From the NCBI GenBank assembly GCA_015680685.1, contig MNCI01000811.1, forward strand, positions 236,381 through 300,380: a DNA stretch of 64,000 nt, in the 5' to 3' direction. Under the pieces are notes generated by a model. It saw nothing but the letters and a program-made list of their open reading frames with translations. It ran no database searches and was not told where the DNA came from. This stretch comes from Gnetum montanum (Eukaryota > Plantae > Gnetophyta). The first letter of the stretch is position 1. Each line of letters opens with the position of its first letter. The translations under genes and the position numbers were made by a program. This document shows, piece by piece, positions 24,301-37,760 of this stretch.

Positions 24301-27175
24301 CATGTGCCTATATTAAAACCATGGATGAAGTAGAGCAAGTTCATCATCAACTCTCTAATGATGCAAATGATTATATCAATTGCAAAGAGTTAGAGATCCC
24401 TGAAAATTTTGAATAAGATCCCTTAGAGTTGAAAACTCTACCTAATAGCATGGAGTATGAACTTTTGAAAAATGGCAAGCTAGTAATCATCAATGTAAAT
24501 CTTTCTCCTAAACAAAAATAGATGTTGTTGAGGGTGATCAAAAAATGGCCAATAGCCTTTACTTGATCATATCATGAACTCATAGGGATTGATCCTACTA
24601 CATTGATTCGGCCATGAAGCCAAAGAGGTAGCTATAGTAGCAATTGAACCCCAAATTGAAGAAGATCATCAAAGAGAAAATTGAGCAATTCCTCAAGGTG
24701 GGGTTTATCTATCTCATTGTGGATAGTTAGTGGGTTAGTTCACTCATGATTGTGCCAAAGAAAGGTGGCAAGTGGCAGGTCTAGATTAACTTCTAGTTGT
24801 TGAATATGGAAACATTCAAAAATCACTTTCCATTACCATTTGTGAATCAAGTGCAAGACACTATATCTGGGCATTTCTATTACTATTTTTTGGATGGTTA
24901 TAGTGGCTATAACCAAATCTAGATCATACTAGAGCATTAGACCAAAAGAACATTCATGAATACTTGGAGGACTTTTGCATATTGAAAGATGCCTTTTGGT
25001 CTGTGCAATTCTTCAGCAACATTCCAATGCCTAGTCTTGAGTATTTTTTAGCAACAAATTGGTTGTGGGGTGGAAGTCTTCATGGATGACTTATCCACCT
25101 ATTATGCCACATTTGAGCAAGCCTTGGACCACCTTGAGCAAGTGCTAAAAAGTATGTGGAGATGAATCTTTAGATTAATTAAAGGAAGAGCCATTTGATG
25201 GTCTATGAGGGCATTGTACTTAGGCACATAATTTCTCAGGTAGAGATTGATGTGGACCCTAAAAAGATAAGAGTCATCCAAGGAATAACTCATCAAATAG
25301 AAATCATAAAGATGTCTAGTTATTCCTTGGACACATTGGCTACTACTAGCATTCTATATATAAATTCTCTAAGATCACAAAATCATTGGTCAAGCTTATA
25401 AAGAAATATGTTCCATTCATCTAAACCAAGGAATGCAAAAATACATTCTAGAGCCTCAAGAAAAAACTCATAGAGACTCCAATTCTATGAGCACCTAACT
25501 AGTCCAGACCATTTCATATAATGATAGATGCATCAAATTATGCCTTGGGTTCTGTACTTACATAATTGGATGATAAGAAACATCCATATTACATCCACTA
25601 TGCAAGTCAAAGCATTATGGGTGTATAGCTAAATTACGCTACAATGGAGAAAGAACTAATGATGGTGGTATATGCTCTAGAAAATTTCAAGCACTATGTG
25701 CTTGGATACAAAGTGTTAGTGCACACTAATCATAGTGTCATATGATGGCTAGTGATCTTGTAGGAGTTCGATCTCACAATGGTAAATCAAAAGGGGACTA
25801 AGAATGTGATCACTAATCACTTGTCTCAGTTACAATGGTATAACAAAGAGGAGATCCCACTTTCTCACCAATTTCCTAATCAACTCCTCTTTACTGGTGT
25901 AATAAATGGCCAAGTGCTTATAGAACCAAAATGGTATGATGGCATCCTCACATATCTTCTTACTCAAGAGATTCCACAAGATCTAGACTATAACAAGAAA
26001 CAAAAATGTTTTCATCAAGCCAAATGCTTCATGAAAATTAGTGGACACCTTTATAAGGTATGCACCGATGGCCTAGTTCATTGATGTGTACCTCATGCTG
26101 ATCAACTACATGTACTTCAGAGCACTTATGAGGATCCTTCTGGGGGCCACTATGCTAGAAGACACATAGCCATTAAGATCTTGATGGCATGGTATTATTG
26201 GCCAACCATCTTTAGGGACATCCACCAATTTTTCTGCTCTTGTGAATACTATCAATGAGATGGTGGGATGACCACTCAAATGGAAGAACCTTAACATTGG
26301 ATTTAACCACTGGAATCCTTTAACATATGGGGCATCAACTTCATCGGTTCCATCATGCCCATTGTAAATTAAAAGGTGTACATAATCATCAACATTTATT
26401 ACTACAAAAAATTAAGAAAAAGTAGTAGCCATGATCAACTTTACATCATCTATTACTATGCAATTTGTACAAAAAAATGTTGTAAATAGGTTTGGAGTGC
26501 CACATGCACTAATTTCTAATCATGGAAGAAGAACCATTTTTTGCAAGCTTATGCAATTCTTGGGGGTTGAACATAAATTAACAACACCCTACCACCCCAA
26601 ATACAATGGTTAAGAAAAGGTTACTAACATGGATATTACAAAAATCTTAATGAGAACTATTAGCAAATATAGGAGAGACTAGAGCACAAAACCCAATGAT
26701 GTCCTCTAGGCCTACTACTCAACATGGAAACTCCCTATAGGCTACTCTTCCTATGAGCTAGTCTATGGGAAACTACCAACACTTCCTATTCAATTTGAGC
26801 TCCATACACTTTCAACAGCATGTGGCCTAGATCTTGACTTAAGTCTAGCACAAAGAGAATAATTGATCAACTTTAACATGTTAGATGAAAATCAATTAGT
26901 GGCTCTATCCATGAATAAAGTTCATAAGGACTTTAACAAGTAAAAACATGACCTAAGAATAAGGAAAGTCAAATTTCAACTTAGAGATCAAGTTCTCTAT
27001 TGGAACCCCACACATATACCTCAACGAACTAAGTTCTAGACATTGTGGGAAGGACCTTACATCATTCATGAAACTTTTTCTTCTAGGGCCATGTTAATTT
27101 ACAAACCTAAGAGACTAAACAAAAGTTAGCTATTCAACACACAACAAGTCAAACCTTTCCATGAGCCCAAGTAAG
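21400..27175 (+). pseudogene. pol: Element B gag-pol (gag, protease, RT, RNase H, integrase), degenerate
   Basis: NIPIFEG (gag, ~22003); ALLDSSSRVNMI and FPIIMGRAWL (ORF 23547..24086); WVSSLMIVPKKGGKW; FLDGYSGYNQI; VFMDD (~25076); IDASNYALGSVL; EKELMMVVYALE; GGHYARRH; WGINFIG; RFGVPHALISN; TPYHPKYNG; WEGPY. Confidence 0.9.
22548..22689 (+). repeat. Two-copy 73-bp tandem duplication inside element B gag
   Basis: AGGCCTAATTTTACAACAATGTGGA.GAGTCCCCACTTGATGAGGTGGTA.AATGAAAAA.CTTACCAA occurs at 22548 and 22621 with about 3 mismatches. Confidence 0.95.
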
Positions 27176-28729
27176 TTAGTGCAACAAACACTTCATCGAA
27201 TGGACAACCTTGCTTAATCTTTCAAATCTCCTCCTTCCAACTCAATCATGGGGGAGATGGTCATTCATGCTAATCATTTAAAGTGAACCCTCAATTTTTT
27301 CTAATTTTTTGTTTTACATCTTCTTACTTTTATTTTATTAATTTTACAAATTTTTTGTTTTACAACATCATTAGTACATTTTATCTTTCTTGAATATTTT
27401 ATAATTTCTTTTATATTTTCCTTATTTTGGTGTCAATTTTCCTTTTTTTCTAATAAAATTGCTCTATTGCCAATAGGACACAGTGGTGCTATAGTTTTTT
27501 CTAATGGTGGTTTATACTTGATCTTTTTGATTGCTAATGTGTGGTTTCTATTTTTAAATTTTGATGACTAACAACTAAGATGGGATTCTTTTTTGTGAAA
27601 TAGGTAATGAGTCCACATCATCCACCCATCTACAAACTTTATGGTTTTTCTTATTTTGGGAATATGAAGTCCCTTTTTCATTAATAAAACCTTAATGAAC
27701 TTGTGACCTTGGTAGTTTCCAAGCTTGGGATAGATTTAAAGGTCTAAAAATGGTGTGACTTCAAGGGGAATTAATACTCTTTATTCTTCTCTACTTGCTT
27801 AAGTGCATGTGTGTTTTCATGGACTTCTTACCATTCCATGTTAACCAATAACAGGAAGTTAAATAAGTCTTGGCATGGTGTGGTTCCCATCGAAAAACTC
27901 AAAAAAAAATGATGGAAATTCAAAGCACACCCCTTAGACAAAATAAATGGGCTACAATCACTAGTTATGGAACTAAAAAGACATGTTACCCATTCTTGAA
28001 GGTTCCCTCTAACTAAGGTCCTTTCTCATTTTCTACTTCTTTTTTCTTCTCAAATAAGGAATGGTGGTTGTCCATGGGAGCATTCTTGTGTCTCAAGGAG
28101 GTGGATTGGTTCTAGAGTGGTGATATGAAGTTACTAAATGTGGCTGGTCTTGATCTAGACTAAAGTTGGACTCTATCAGGTCATTTAACCATGCATTCTA
28201 CAAGGGACTTCATGTGACCATGATTAGGACATCCATCTCATTCTCTATCTCATTCATCGATGCTCTCCATAACTTACCTCACTTATAGTTTTCATGTTTT
28301 TGTTTCATGTCTTAGTTTGATGTGTTGAAATTCCTAAATAGATTCTTTGGGTTTGGTCCTTAACTTTTCATAACCATTAATCAACTATGGGGCCCCCGAA
28401 CTCCTTAGTTGAGGTTATGCAAAGGCAAAAAGGGCATGTGTTGCTATGGGGAGGATCCACTTGCATATCTCGTGGTATGGTTAGTTAATTTTTCTACTCT
28501 TAGACATTATTGCAATTAGATCTTTTGTTTGCTCCATCACACATTCAACCATGTTCTCCTTAAGGCATTCTTCTCTATCAAATCTCATTCTCAAATCATT
28601 TCTCCATTTCTTGAACCTCAACACCATCTTCTAATATTTTTATCATGTTCTTGGCTTTTTAGGCTTTCATTTGATCTAAATTTCATTCAAAAATTCCTTG
28701 GTTTTTATTACTTTTAACAAAGTCAATGT

Positions 28730-28835
28730 TGGTCACTAGGTGTGCCGACTAGGCCCAGTCGATGTAGCCAGCTACATCAACTAAGCCCCGTTGACTAGGC
28801 CTAGTCGATGTAGTGCATGAATTCTATAAATACCA
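28730..28835 (+). promoter_or_regulatory. Putative internal promoter of element B: LTR-type motif array plus TATA box
   Basis: CGACTAGGCCCAGTCGATG and TGACTAGGCCTAGTCGATG (same motif as in the LTR), followed by TATAAATA at 28825. Confidence 0.6.
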
Positions 28836-29314
28836 TCCAACACTTTGAAATTTTTTGTCATTTTCTTCAAAACAATAGGGGAGCTTTTGTAATTTTTTAG
28901 AGCCCAAAAACTTCCAAAGCCTATAACTTTCACACCATTTGTCCAAATCACTTCGTTCTTTGATCCTATAGCTACCAAAGGTAAGCTCTTAATCGTGGGG
29001 CCCATAAACCTTAAGGTTTCCAATGAAAATTTTTCAAACTTTTTCCAACTTCCCAAAGGGCTAATGAATAGAATAATATTAAACCATCAATTTTTGAGAG
29101 TTGAACCCTTCCAACAAACTCTAATAAACATAAAATTATTTATTAATATTAAAATAATAATAAAATAATAATTGAAATAATCAACCAAGCCATGATCACA
29201 ACTTAGCCACCAAGTGTAACTACCTTAAGAGATAAGGTATCCTAATTGTTTTAAGTTACACAATTAATGCTAACCCTTGGTCATGTTGTGAGCATAGATA
29301 GTGCTAAGACCAAA

Positions 29315-32140
29315 ATGGCCATAGGAAGGAGAACCATCACAACTAAGGGATAAAAAAACCTAGAGCTAGAAGGGAATAGTAGGAATAAGCTCAGGAGTAA
29401 GTAGTAGAAACTCATGCAATGAGAACTCTTTAAGAGGAGCCTGAAGTGGAATCTATTCGATAGATTCTTGAAGAAGAGGCTGTGACTGAACAATCCCAAA
29501 GAGGAGAGGCACCAGGACCCATACCAAGACTTGAGGTCACATTGACACAAGCCTACCTTGACACAATTAGACCTTGTGATGTCCAACGCTCAATTCTCCA
29601 AGAATTGAACTTTGGGCTATTCTTGGAAAATGCTCCATCAAAAGTCAGAATGTAGTTGTAAATCTCTCCCATGTGGCAAATCATCACTTCCAGTGTAGAG
29701 TGGTACATGGGAGAGACATATCTCTTCTGAAATAGTAGAAAGGTAGGAGCCACTATCAGAATCAAGGACATTCAGGTGTCCTACTCAATGAAAGCTATTA
29801 CATAAACTCTTGGTCTACCTAATTTTGGCACTTATCTAGCAAATATCTCCATGCATGTAGAACTAGAGGCAAAAAGGAAGTGGAGCTAACATTTTTATGG
29901 GGTTGATTGTAAGGAGTTTGGTGCACTCACACTAGCAGAGCACATATACTCCAAGATAGTAGCTTATCACCTCAATTTGATGGTGAGGTCCAGTAAGGTA
30001 ACTACTTTCTCCACCCAAGCATGTGCCACTTTAAGTGAAAAATTTCCTACTAACCTTCCATAATTAATATATCTAGAGATGGAAAATCATTTCAAGGAAA
30101 ATGAATGTGGAAGGAAAACCCTACCATTTTCATGCCTTATCAGAAAACTCTGTGAGAGGGCAGGGATATTCTACTATGCTAATGAAATAATTAGGCATAC
30201 TCCTATCATCTCTTAGTCTAAGATGATGAAAGACAAGATCCTTGTGATGTCCAAAGAAGAGAAGAAATAACTGCCACCTCCACCACCCACTTAGAAAACA
30301 AAATCAAAGGCATGCATGGCCATTGAGTGCCTACACAAAATCTAAGAGTAGCTCTTACATGAGTAGGAGCATTAAGAAAGAACAAGTGGTGGAAATCCAT
30401 CTATGTACCATCCTACAATGATTCACCTTAATTAAGTGTCTTGAAAAATTAGTTAGATGGAGCAAGCTAGGCCAATATTCTCAGCCTAAAGAATGTAGCT
30501 ACATGTGAGGTCAAATCCTAGTGCTTGAGAGGTAATAGTGTCTCTCTCACAATAACAGCAATTCCTAGAAATCTCTAGGAATGTTGCTACCTTTTTTGTA
30601 TGCTTTGAGAAGGGTGAGGGGGTAACTATTTTGGTGATGTAGCCCTAAGGGAAAGCGACTGCAGCAGAAGTGATTGCTGATTGGATTGCCAAAGTACTAA
30701 ACACACCGATAGTATCTGTACCAGATGTTTCTGCACTTAGATAGGTGCAAATGTCCACAAGGACTACTTGTAGCTGATTAAGTATAGTCCAACATTAGGA
30801 GTTGTTGGACTACATGGTGGGAACTGGGTAACTGATTCTAGATATCTTTGATTTGTTGAATAACATCACCATAACCCAGTAGGAGCTACTTGAAGAAAAG
30901 GGCAAATGCATCATTCTAGAATGGAAACTTAAAATAGTTCAAGCACAAAACCAATGTTTGGTAGCAAATGTTGCTGAATTAAGATCTTGTCTTGTTGATC
31001 TCGTGCTTCTCAACCCTGCACTAACAAGACATGAAGCTTTTCAATAACTTCAAGATAGACTTAAATAGGTTGAGGCAAGGATGGTGATGACTATCTTTAA
31101 CTAGTCCATGGCCAAGGCCAAGACACATTTAGTTCAAAAGGACTTGGTCCAGATGCACCTAGAGAATGAGATGCTGACCATAGAAAGTCATTGTTTATGA
31201 AATGTTTATCTACAAAAATAGCAAATGCAATAATTCATCCATCAACAACAAGAATAGCTAGCCAAGGTGAACACTAAGCTTAGGAGATTGGCAAAAGAGA
31301 ATAGAAATCTCTCTATGGAGGAAGTTTGTGCCTTACACCAAAAATCTATGATTGAGATAACCACTTAAAAAAATGAGGCTCTCAAATTTCAGAGAGTCAA
31401 GAACCACTACAAAGATCAGATTGGGCTATAGAAATAAGTTAATGAAAAACATATCTAGATGGCTAAGGTAAAGGTCAATGAGACTACAGAAACTCTAGCA
31501 AGGAAAAGGTGTCGCAACCTATCATTGATGGGATAGATGCCTACAACATATCAAAGATCCACATGAAGGAGTTGTAGATTGAAGAGATGTCTGAATAAAT
31601 GGAGCTTGTCAATCTCCAATATGCAAAATTGGCAATGCTAATTGCTAGACAACCATAGTTAGAGTTGGAGAAGCAAGTGGCTAGCTCATACTTACTATAC
31701 GAGGCAAAGTTTAAGCATCACAAGAAAACCAAACAAAAGCTTAAGACTACAAATGCTGAACTCAAAGTTCTCAGGGCAAGATTCACCAATTAAAGATCAA
31801 CTACTAAGAACATGACCAAAAGAATGAATACCATGAGCTATAGAATGCCATTAGGGCACTCGACATCAAATGAAAACAACTTGCTACCTAGTTTGTTAAT
31901 TTCAAGGAGCTATTTCCAACAATGCCCTATCCTTGGGATATGTCCATTCTAGCCCACATCAGAGAAGTTGCCTAGACCATGCACAATCCTAAGAGTAAGG
32001 AGGAGAAGATGAAAGAATCTTCCACTAAAAGCTGCAACCATAGTAGGACAACCATAACAACCTCAACCACTATGTGTGCCTAAAGTAAGAGAATGTCCCT
32101 CAGAACCTCAAGAGCTTGCACTACCTAGGACTATTTAATC
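29315..32140 (+). pseudogene. Element B accessory (Athila env-like/extra) ORF with a long predicted coiled-coil C-terminal half
   Basis: ATG 29315 MAIGRRT.., an acidic stretch, then TIRIKDIQVSYSMKAIT.TLGLPNFG and LPFSCLIRKLCERAGI (Athila ORF-like motifs). E/K/L/Q-rich heptad-like sequence at ~30780-31900. Many stops. Confidence 0.65.
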
Positions 32141-32358
32141 TTCTTCCTTGTATTCATGCCATTAGAGGAATGGTATTTTTCAATTTTTTCTTGGTGTTCA
32201 ATTTTGTAGTCCTGAATACCAAAATAATTTTATAATGATTGTATATTCATACACTTGGGCACTTTGTGTTTGTTTGTGTTTGTCATATGTCTGTCATCAG
32301 TCAATAATTTCATACCTTCCCAAATTTTTAAAGAACTTGAGGATGAGTTTTCACTTAG

Positions 32359-32369
32359 TCATGGGGGTA
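32359..32369 (+). promoter_or_regulatory. PPT of element B
   Basis: TCATGGGGGTA immediately before the TGATGA of the 3' LTR. Confidence 0.8.
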
Positions 32370-33272
32370 TGATGAATCATAGATTGCCTACATCAATTGG
32401 GCCCTATCGTCTAGGCCCTGTCAACTAGGCCTTTTTAACTAGGTCCTGTTGATGCATGATTTGATGCATTGATGTGGCCCCATTGATGTAGTATCTTTTT
32501 TCCCATAAATGCATGCTCAAACACTGTGTTTATGTCATGTCTTGTCATAGTTATAGCAAAGCTCTTGTAGTTTTATCATTTGGAAGTTAGAATATTTTTC
32601 TAAGTGCTCGTAGTAGGGGTCAAGAGTGTATGGATCTTTATTCAATCACTATTGTACCTGAGCACAGTAGTGTGTACAACAATAAAGATAAGCTTTTTGA
32701 TAAACCTTGCAGCACTTTGAAATAGAATAATTATTTATTTTTGCATTTAATGTTTTATGCACTTACTTTTGATTCTTTAAGTGATTAAATACTTAACGAG
32801 TCTAAATTAAGCTAAATTAAGTAGTAATTAATTAATCACATAAGTACAACCACTTTGAGGATATGCTTGACACTTGGTAATCCTAGTAACACTTACCATT
32901 TGGTAACCCAATAGCATTAAGCATGTTCAAGATGTGTATAGCAAGTGGGAACGAATGCTTATGTTAGGATTAGTTAAGTGTAGTTAATTAGATATAAATT
33001 AGCAATTAAATTACTTCCTTTCTTTCATCCTTTATTTTAAGCAACCAAAACAAAAAACATAAAAATAATAAAAATCATTTGCCACAATTACACTTAACCA
33101 TACCTTTGCATATCACAAGTGTAATTGGAAAGACAATGAATGACTATTAGGGCAAGTTCACTTCCTAGAAGCTAGTGTACATGAAGACAAAGGGTCCATG
33201 GAATTTAATCAGATCACGTGTGAATGCTTAGTGCTTCATATGGTTGAGTGTAGGGGTATTCACCACTCATCA
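32370..33272 (+). repeat. 3' LTR of element B (903 bp)
   Basis: Colinear with 20111-20994; ends CTCATCA followed by the TSD. Confidence 0.92.
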
Positions 33273-33930
33273 GTATTATTGATGTTCTTTGATTTAATAA
33301 ATCCCCAAGAGTTTGTCCTTAGTAGGCCTATTCATCTACAATATTAGAACCTATACTACCAAAGGAAAAAGAAATTGAGCCAAAAGAAAGTACAGAAGGT
33401 GTATGGTATGAAGGATATCAAATTGTAAAAGTAGTAGTTACTATTAGGGTTACAATTCGACTTGGTATGGAAATAGAGGCTACTGATCTAATTGGAATTT
33501 ATGAATTTAATGTATTCACCGATTGATTAGTTCCTCCCATTGTGGACACAATACTTAACGCTTGGCTAAAACCTAGATTTTGATAACTTGCCACCACAAT
33601 TGAACTCATAGTTTACATTGGAATAGTTAAAATATCAAACAAAGGGTTAAAAGATGTAGAAAATTTAGATTGTGTCCTTTTCCTTTCTTGAAATATTTTT
33701 TTTTGAATCTCCCTTTTTGTTATGGTGATACTCCTCAAAAGAGAAAAAAAAGATAGGATTTACTTGTTTTTATTTCTCTTGATCTTGTTTCAATTTAGTT
33801 TGAGCACATTTATAAAGACTAAGGGTATTTCTAGGAGGCTGAATTCAAGTTGGGATTTTAGGTTACTGTGTTGGTTTCATTTAACAATCACATTCCTATT
33901 TAGCATATTCATGGAAAACAAATTCTAAGA
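33273..33930 (-). pseudogene. gag: Element A: N-terminal part of gag, resuming after element B
   Basis: Sequence resumes at the TSD. Minus-strand translation is low-complexity (P/S/T/I-rich) and basic, as in Athila gag N-termini. The 5' LTR and PBS of A were not identified. Confidence 0.55.
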
Positions 33931-35179
33931 CTTTATAAATTTATTTAATTACCCCTAAAATTACTACCTTAATTGCAAATTTCTTAACAATTTCTTCAAT
34001 TTGGATGATGAGAGGGTTGATTCTTAGGATTGTACTTTTTCCTTATTTTAAAATTTTTTAATAATAAAAAAATAATTAAAAGAAGCCATTTATAAAACTA
34101 CTTAACAAAAGAAAATATATAGAAAAATAAAGTGTACCTATTGTAGAGGAACAGTTCAAAGTCAAAAAGATCATCAAGATAATAAATAATTAGATCTGAA
34201 TTTAATTAAAACTCCACACTTATGACTATCACTCATAAGTAAAATCAAATTCCTCATCCTAACTGCTAAACTTAAGTTCAAAGGTGAAAACAAATGATTA
34301 AACCAAATTGAAAATATATATAATTACCACAAATGTCAAAAGATCATAAAGGAGATGTCACCTAATATGTGACCCTACTCTGTTGTCCTTACAATGTAGC
34401 AACCTCATAGTCTAAATAGCATGAAGTTGTTGTTGGTTGCCATAGAGTACCAACAATATTCCTTAAAAACATTAAATAAAATAGTTCAAAGAGGGATTCA
34501 ATTTGGTGTAGGTTTCTCTTAAGTTTGGCAAAAAAGCACCCTTTCATTCTTCAAATTTTTCATTTATACAGTAGCAAGCTAAAATAAATTTAGAAAAAAT
34601 TATTATTTAGGTAATCTATTTGCACAAAAGAATTTGATGTCAATCAATCACAAAGTTATCGAACTGTATTGTGGTCCTGGTTCACTTCGATACTCAAATT
34701 AGATTGCCTCAGTTATTCAAATCAATATCTTCATTCCTTTCTAGAGCACTTTCTCTCGAAATTCGATGTCATTGAACAATGTTGCCTCCACTACAAGGAT
34801 TGATATATTTTGGATCAATCTCCAATGATTCCACTATGACCTATGATTAATAGAACTTGATAAAGAAATTAGTGCTTATCAATAGGCATTGATAAAATTG
34901 ATGATCTTCAATAAAATAAAGGAGTAGAATATATAACAAGTAGGGCTTAATGAGTTAAAAACTAAAGCAATTAGGGGTTCAAAAAGATACCTTATTCCAA
35001 CCTTTGTTAAAGAATTTAATAATTCTAGATTATTGGATGTCATCACATTAGTAAAATGCAAGAATAAGAAGATAGTTTCATGGTTTTTTTAAAAAAAATC
35101 TTTCTCCAGGAAAGAGTAGATTATCATGAAGATTCTAGAAATAAAGTGGCCTTAAGATGAACAATGTGAGGGATGGAAT

Positions 35180-36250
35180 AAATTTGAGACTAACTACATG
35201 ACATTATTTATAGTGTGTGTGGTGTTCCATGTTGTACATTTTGAGTTAATCATTAAATTTTTCAAGGTATCTAAGAATACAATGGAGAAAACTACATTTA
35301 ATAAAGAAGCTTTAAAAGATTTTAGAAATCTCAATGCAAATGCATTTCTAGCTATTATTAGAGGCATGATTAATAAATACCTTGCCTTGATTCTGAATAT
35401 AAGTACCATCACAATGATAAATTACTTGTTATATGATTTAATATATATGAACTACATCACAGTGCATAGTTACTTCAAAGTTGAAGCCTATGGTATGATG
35501 CATGTAAAACTAAATATAGTGTTTGAAACTACTTTGACATAGAATAAGGCACTGAATATAGATATTATAGATACAAATGAAATAAAATAAAAATATTCCA
35601 AGGAATTTACAAAATTGGAGATATTGAAGGTGCACTAAAGTTGGCAAAGAATCAATCACAATAATTAACTATTCTAAAATGAATAAGAGATATTTTAGGT
35701 TCAAGTATAGAAGTAGACCTTGTAGTTAGATTAGAGGACTTGATAGTGCAAAATATAGAGTTAAAGCATGATAAGATAATGATGAAAATAAAATCTCTAA
35801 AGTTTAGTAAAAATATTGACATCCTTTAGAACTATGTAAAGAATCTTACTCTACAAAGGAATGATCCAATAGAGACCTTTAACATGAAGAGTGAGAAGCT
35901 CCAAAGCATAATGAATGAGGTACAAGAACAAATTGTTGTTGATGGTTTTATAGATTATTATGCAGAATTCTTAATATTTTCATCTTGCAATGATTATGCA
36001 CTTCAATCTAGCTCCATTATGTTACCGTAGTCACTCTTAATAATTTTCAATGAAATTAATGTGGAAGTTTAGAATAAATCTGCTAAATTAGGAGTAAACA
36101 AGTAACCTCAAGATGTTCCACCACCACCTCCAAGTGCTCTTGTGATCCCAAAAGAATCTATGGTGAAGGATTCAACTATTGAAACATAAGGGTCATTAGC
36201 TAATTTTTTTGATAAATTAATATGTGCATATATAGAATCTTTCATTGATT
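35180..36250 (+). pseudogene. Unassigned degenerate ORF with an E/K/L-rich coiled-coil-like stretch and Pro-rich tail; possibly a retroelement accessory ORF relic
   Basis: ORF 35198..35542 continues into LEDLIVQNIELKHDKIMMKIKSLK.. and DVPPPPPSALVIP. No diagnostic motif. Confidence 0.3.
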
Positions 36251-37399
36251 GATGAACTCTATTATCTATGTCTTATTTAGATCAATTTGTAACCTCTCTT
36301 ATTTGACAAGGAAGTTAATTGATTTTGATTTTCCATGATAGCATATGTTTCTTTTCTATAGTTTATAACTTAAATATGCTACAGTATATTTTGAAGGAGA
36401 TATTAGCCAGTAAGATATCTTTTCATGTTTTTTAGCTTTTCAGAAAATGTTTAATAATGAAAAAAACAAGCTACAACATTCGTTTGGAAATCAAACACTG
36501 CTCACCACATTTTATTAATTCTTATCTACTTTACTAGTTAAAACTTTTGTTGGTGATTCTTAGGCCTCATGGTGCTCACTCTTGAAATGCATTTGTATTA
36601 GGTAATTCCACTTAGGAGTATTAATCAATACCATTGACTATATTTATGACTTTCTAATTTTTGTAAGTTTTGTGGAGAGTAGTTATAGTGTAGTAATCTT
36701 TTACAATTCATATATTTAAATATATGAATTTGGTTATAAATAGTAAAGAAATATTATTATTAACTGCATATTAAGCTTGAAGGATGATACTAAATATTTG
36801 ATGTGTTCTAGCACGAAAACCATTCTAGTTTATGTCTATATGTAGTTGCATTGTGAGTACTTTAGAATATACCAATGATAGTGCACAAGACTATCTATGA
36901 TGTTTTGTAATATGTGTTACATTGGTCATATTTAATTAAGCATATTAACTAATAATAACTAATCATTATATCAATTCATTTCATGGATGTGATTATTCTG
37001 TTATCATTATATAAGTGATTATACTGGTTCAATAATTATGTAGAATAACAATAATATGTAGCATGAAGCATAACACGATATACTATAATATACTTGGCTA
37101 TCTTATTTTTCTTTGTTTCTTATTCGTTTATGTGCTTGTATTCAATATATATAACACCATGGATTTAGTCTATTTTTATCTCATTCTTAATAGTCATTAA
37201 ACTATATTTAATTTCTTAGAATTGATGATCTAAACATGATAAAAATTTTAAAAAATTATTATTTTCATAGACATTTAATATATTCCTTTCATACTCAACA
37301 TAAATCTACTTCAATGGAAATGAATGTATCATCATTATTCTCTAGAAATAGTTTCGATTTATTATTCAATTATAAATTAACATTTTTTTTTATTTACTA

Positions 37400-37760
37400 C
37401 ACTCATAATAATTTTTAGCTTGATAGAAGACTTTAAATATACAATTTATGATATTCATCTACTTTAAATTCTCAATTTTAAATCATTAAACAATTGATCC
37501 TTTCTTAATTGGGACTTTAAGATTATTAATAATCATTGGTTTTTCTAGTCTTCTTAAAATTTTGTACACCCTTATCCAAATGTCACTTTTAGTATATAAG
37601 AAAGTTTAATATGATTGTTTGATAATGACCAATGTCTTCATAATTTAATTCCTATTATCTAACACTAAAATTTTGCATTGTGTGACCCATAATGTCTAAT
37701 GTCTTCATAATATAATGAGAGTTCATAATTAAGGATAAGATCTAAAGACATTAAAAATTT
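37400..37760 (-). pseudogene. Possible very old RTE-type LINE reverse transcriptase relic
   Basis: Minus strand IMGHTMQ (cf. IMxGHTxxK) followed by LDKGVQNFKK..NLKVPI (cf. RAKGQAGFR..TLRxLI). Weak similarity. Confidence 0.25.

Larger units (their letters stand above)
20111..33272 (+). mobile_element. Element B: full-length (13,162 bp) Athila-like Ty3/gypsy retrotransposon nested in the gag of element A
   Basis: LTR pair TGATGA...CTCATCA; perfect TSD GTATT (20106-20110, 33273-33277); PBS, gag-pol, extra ORF and PPT all in the expected order. Confidence 0.92.
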
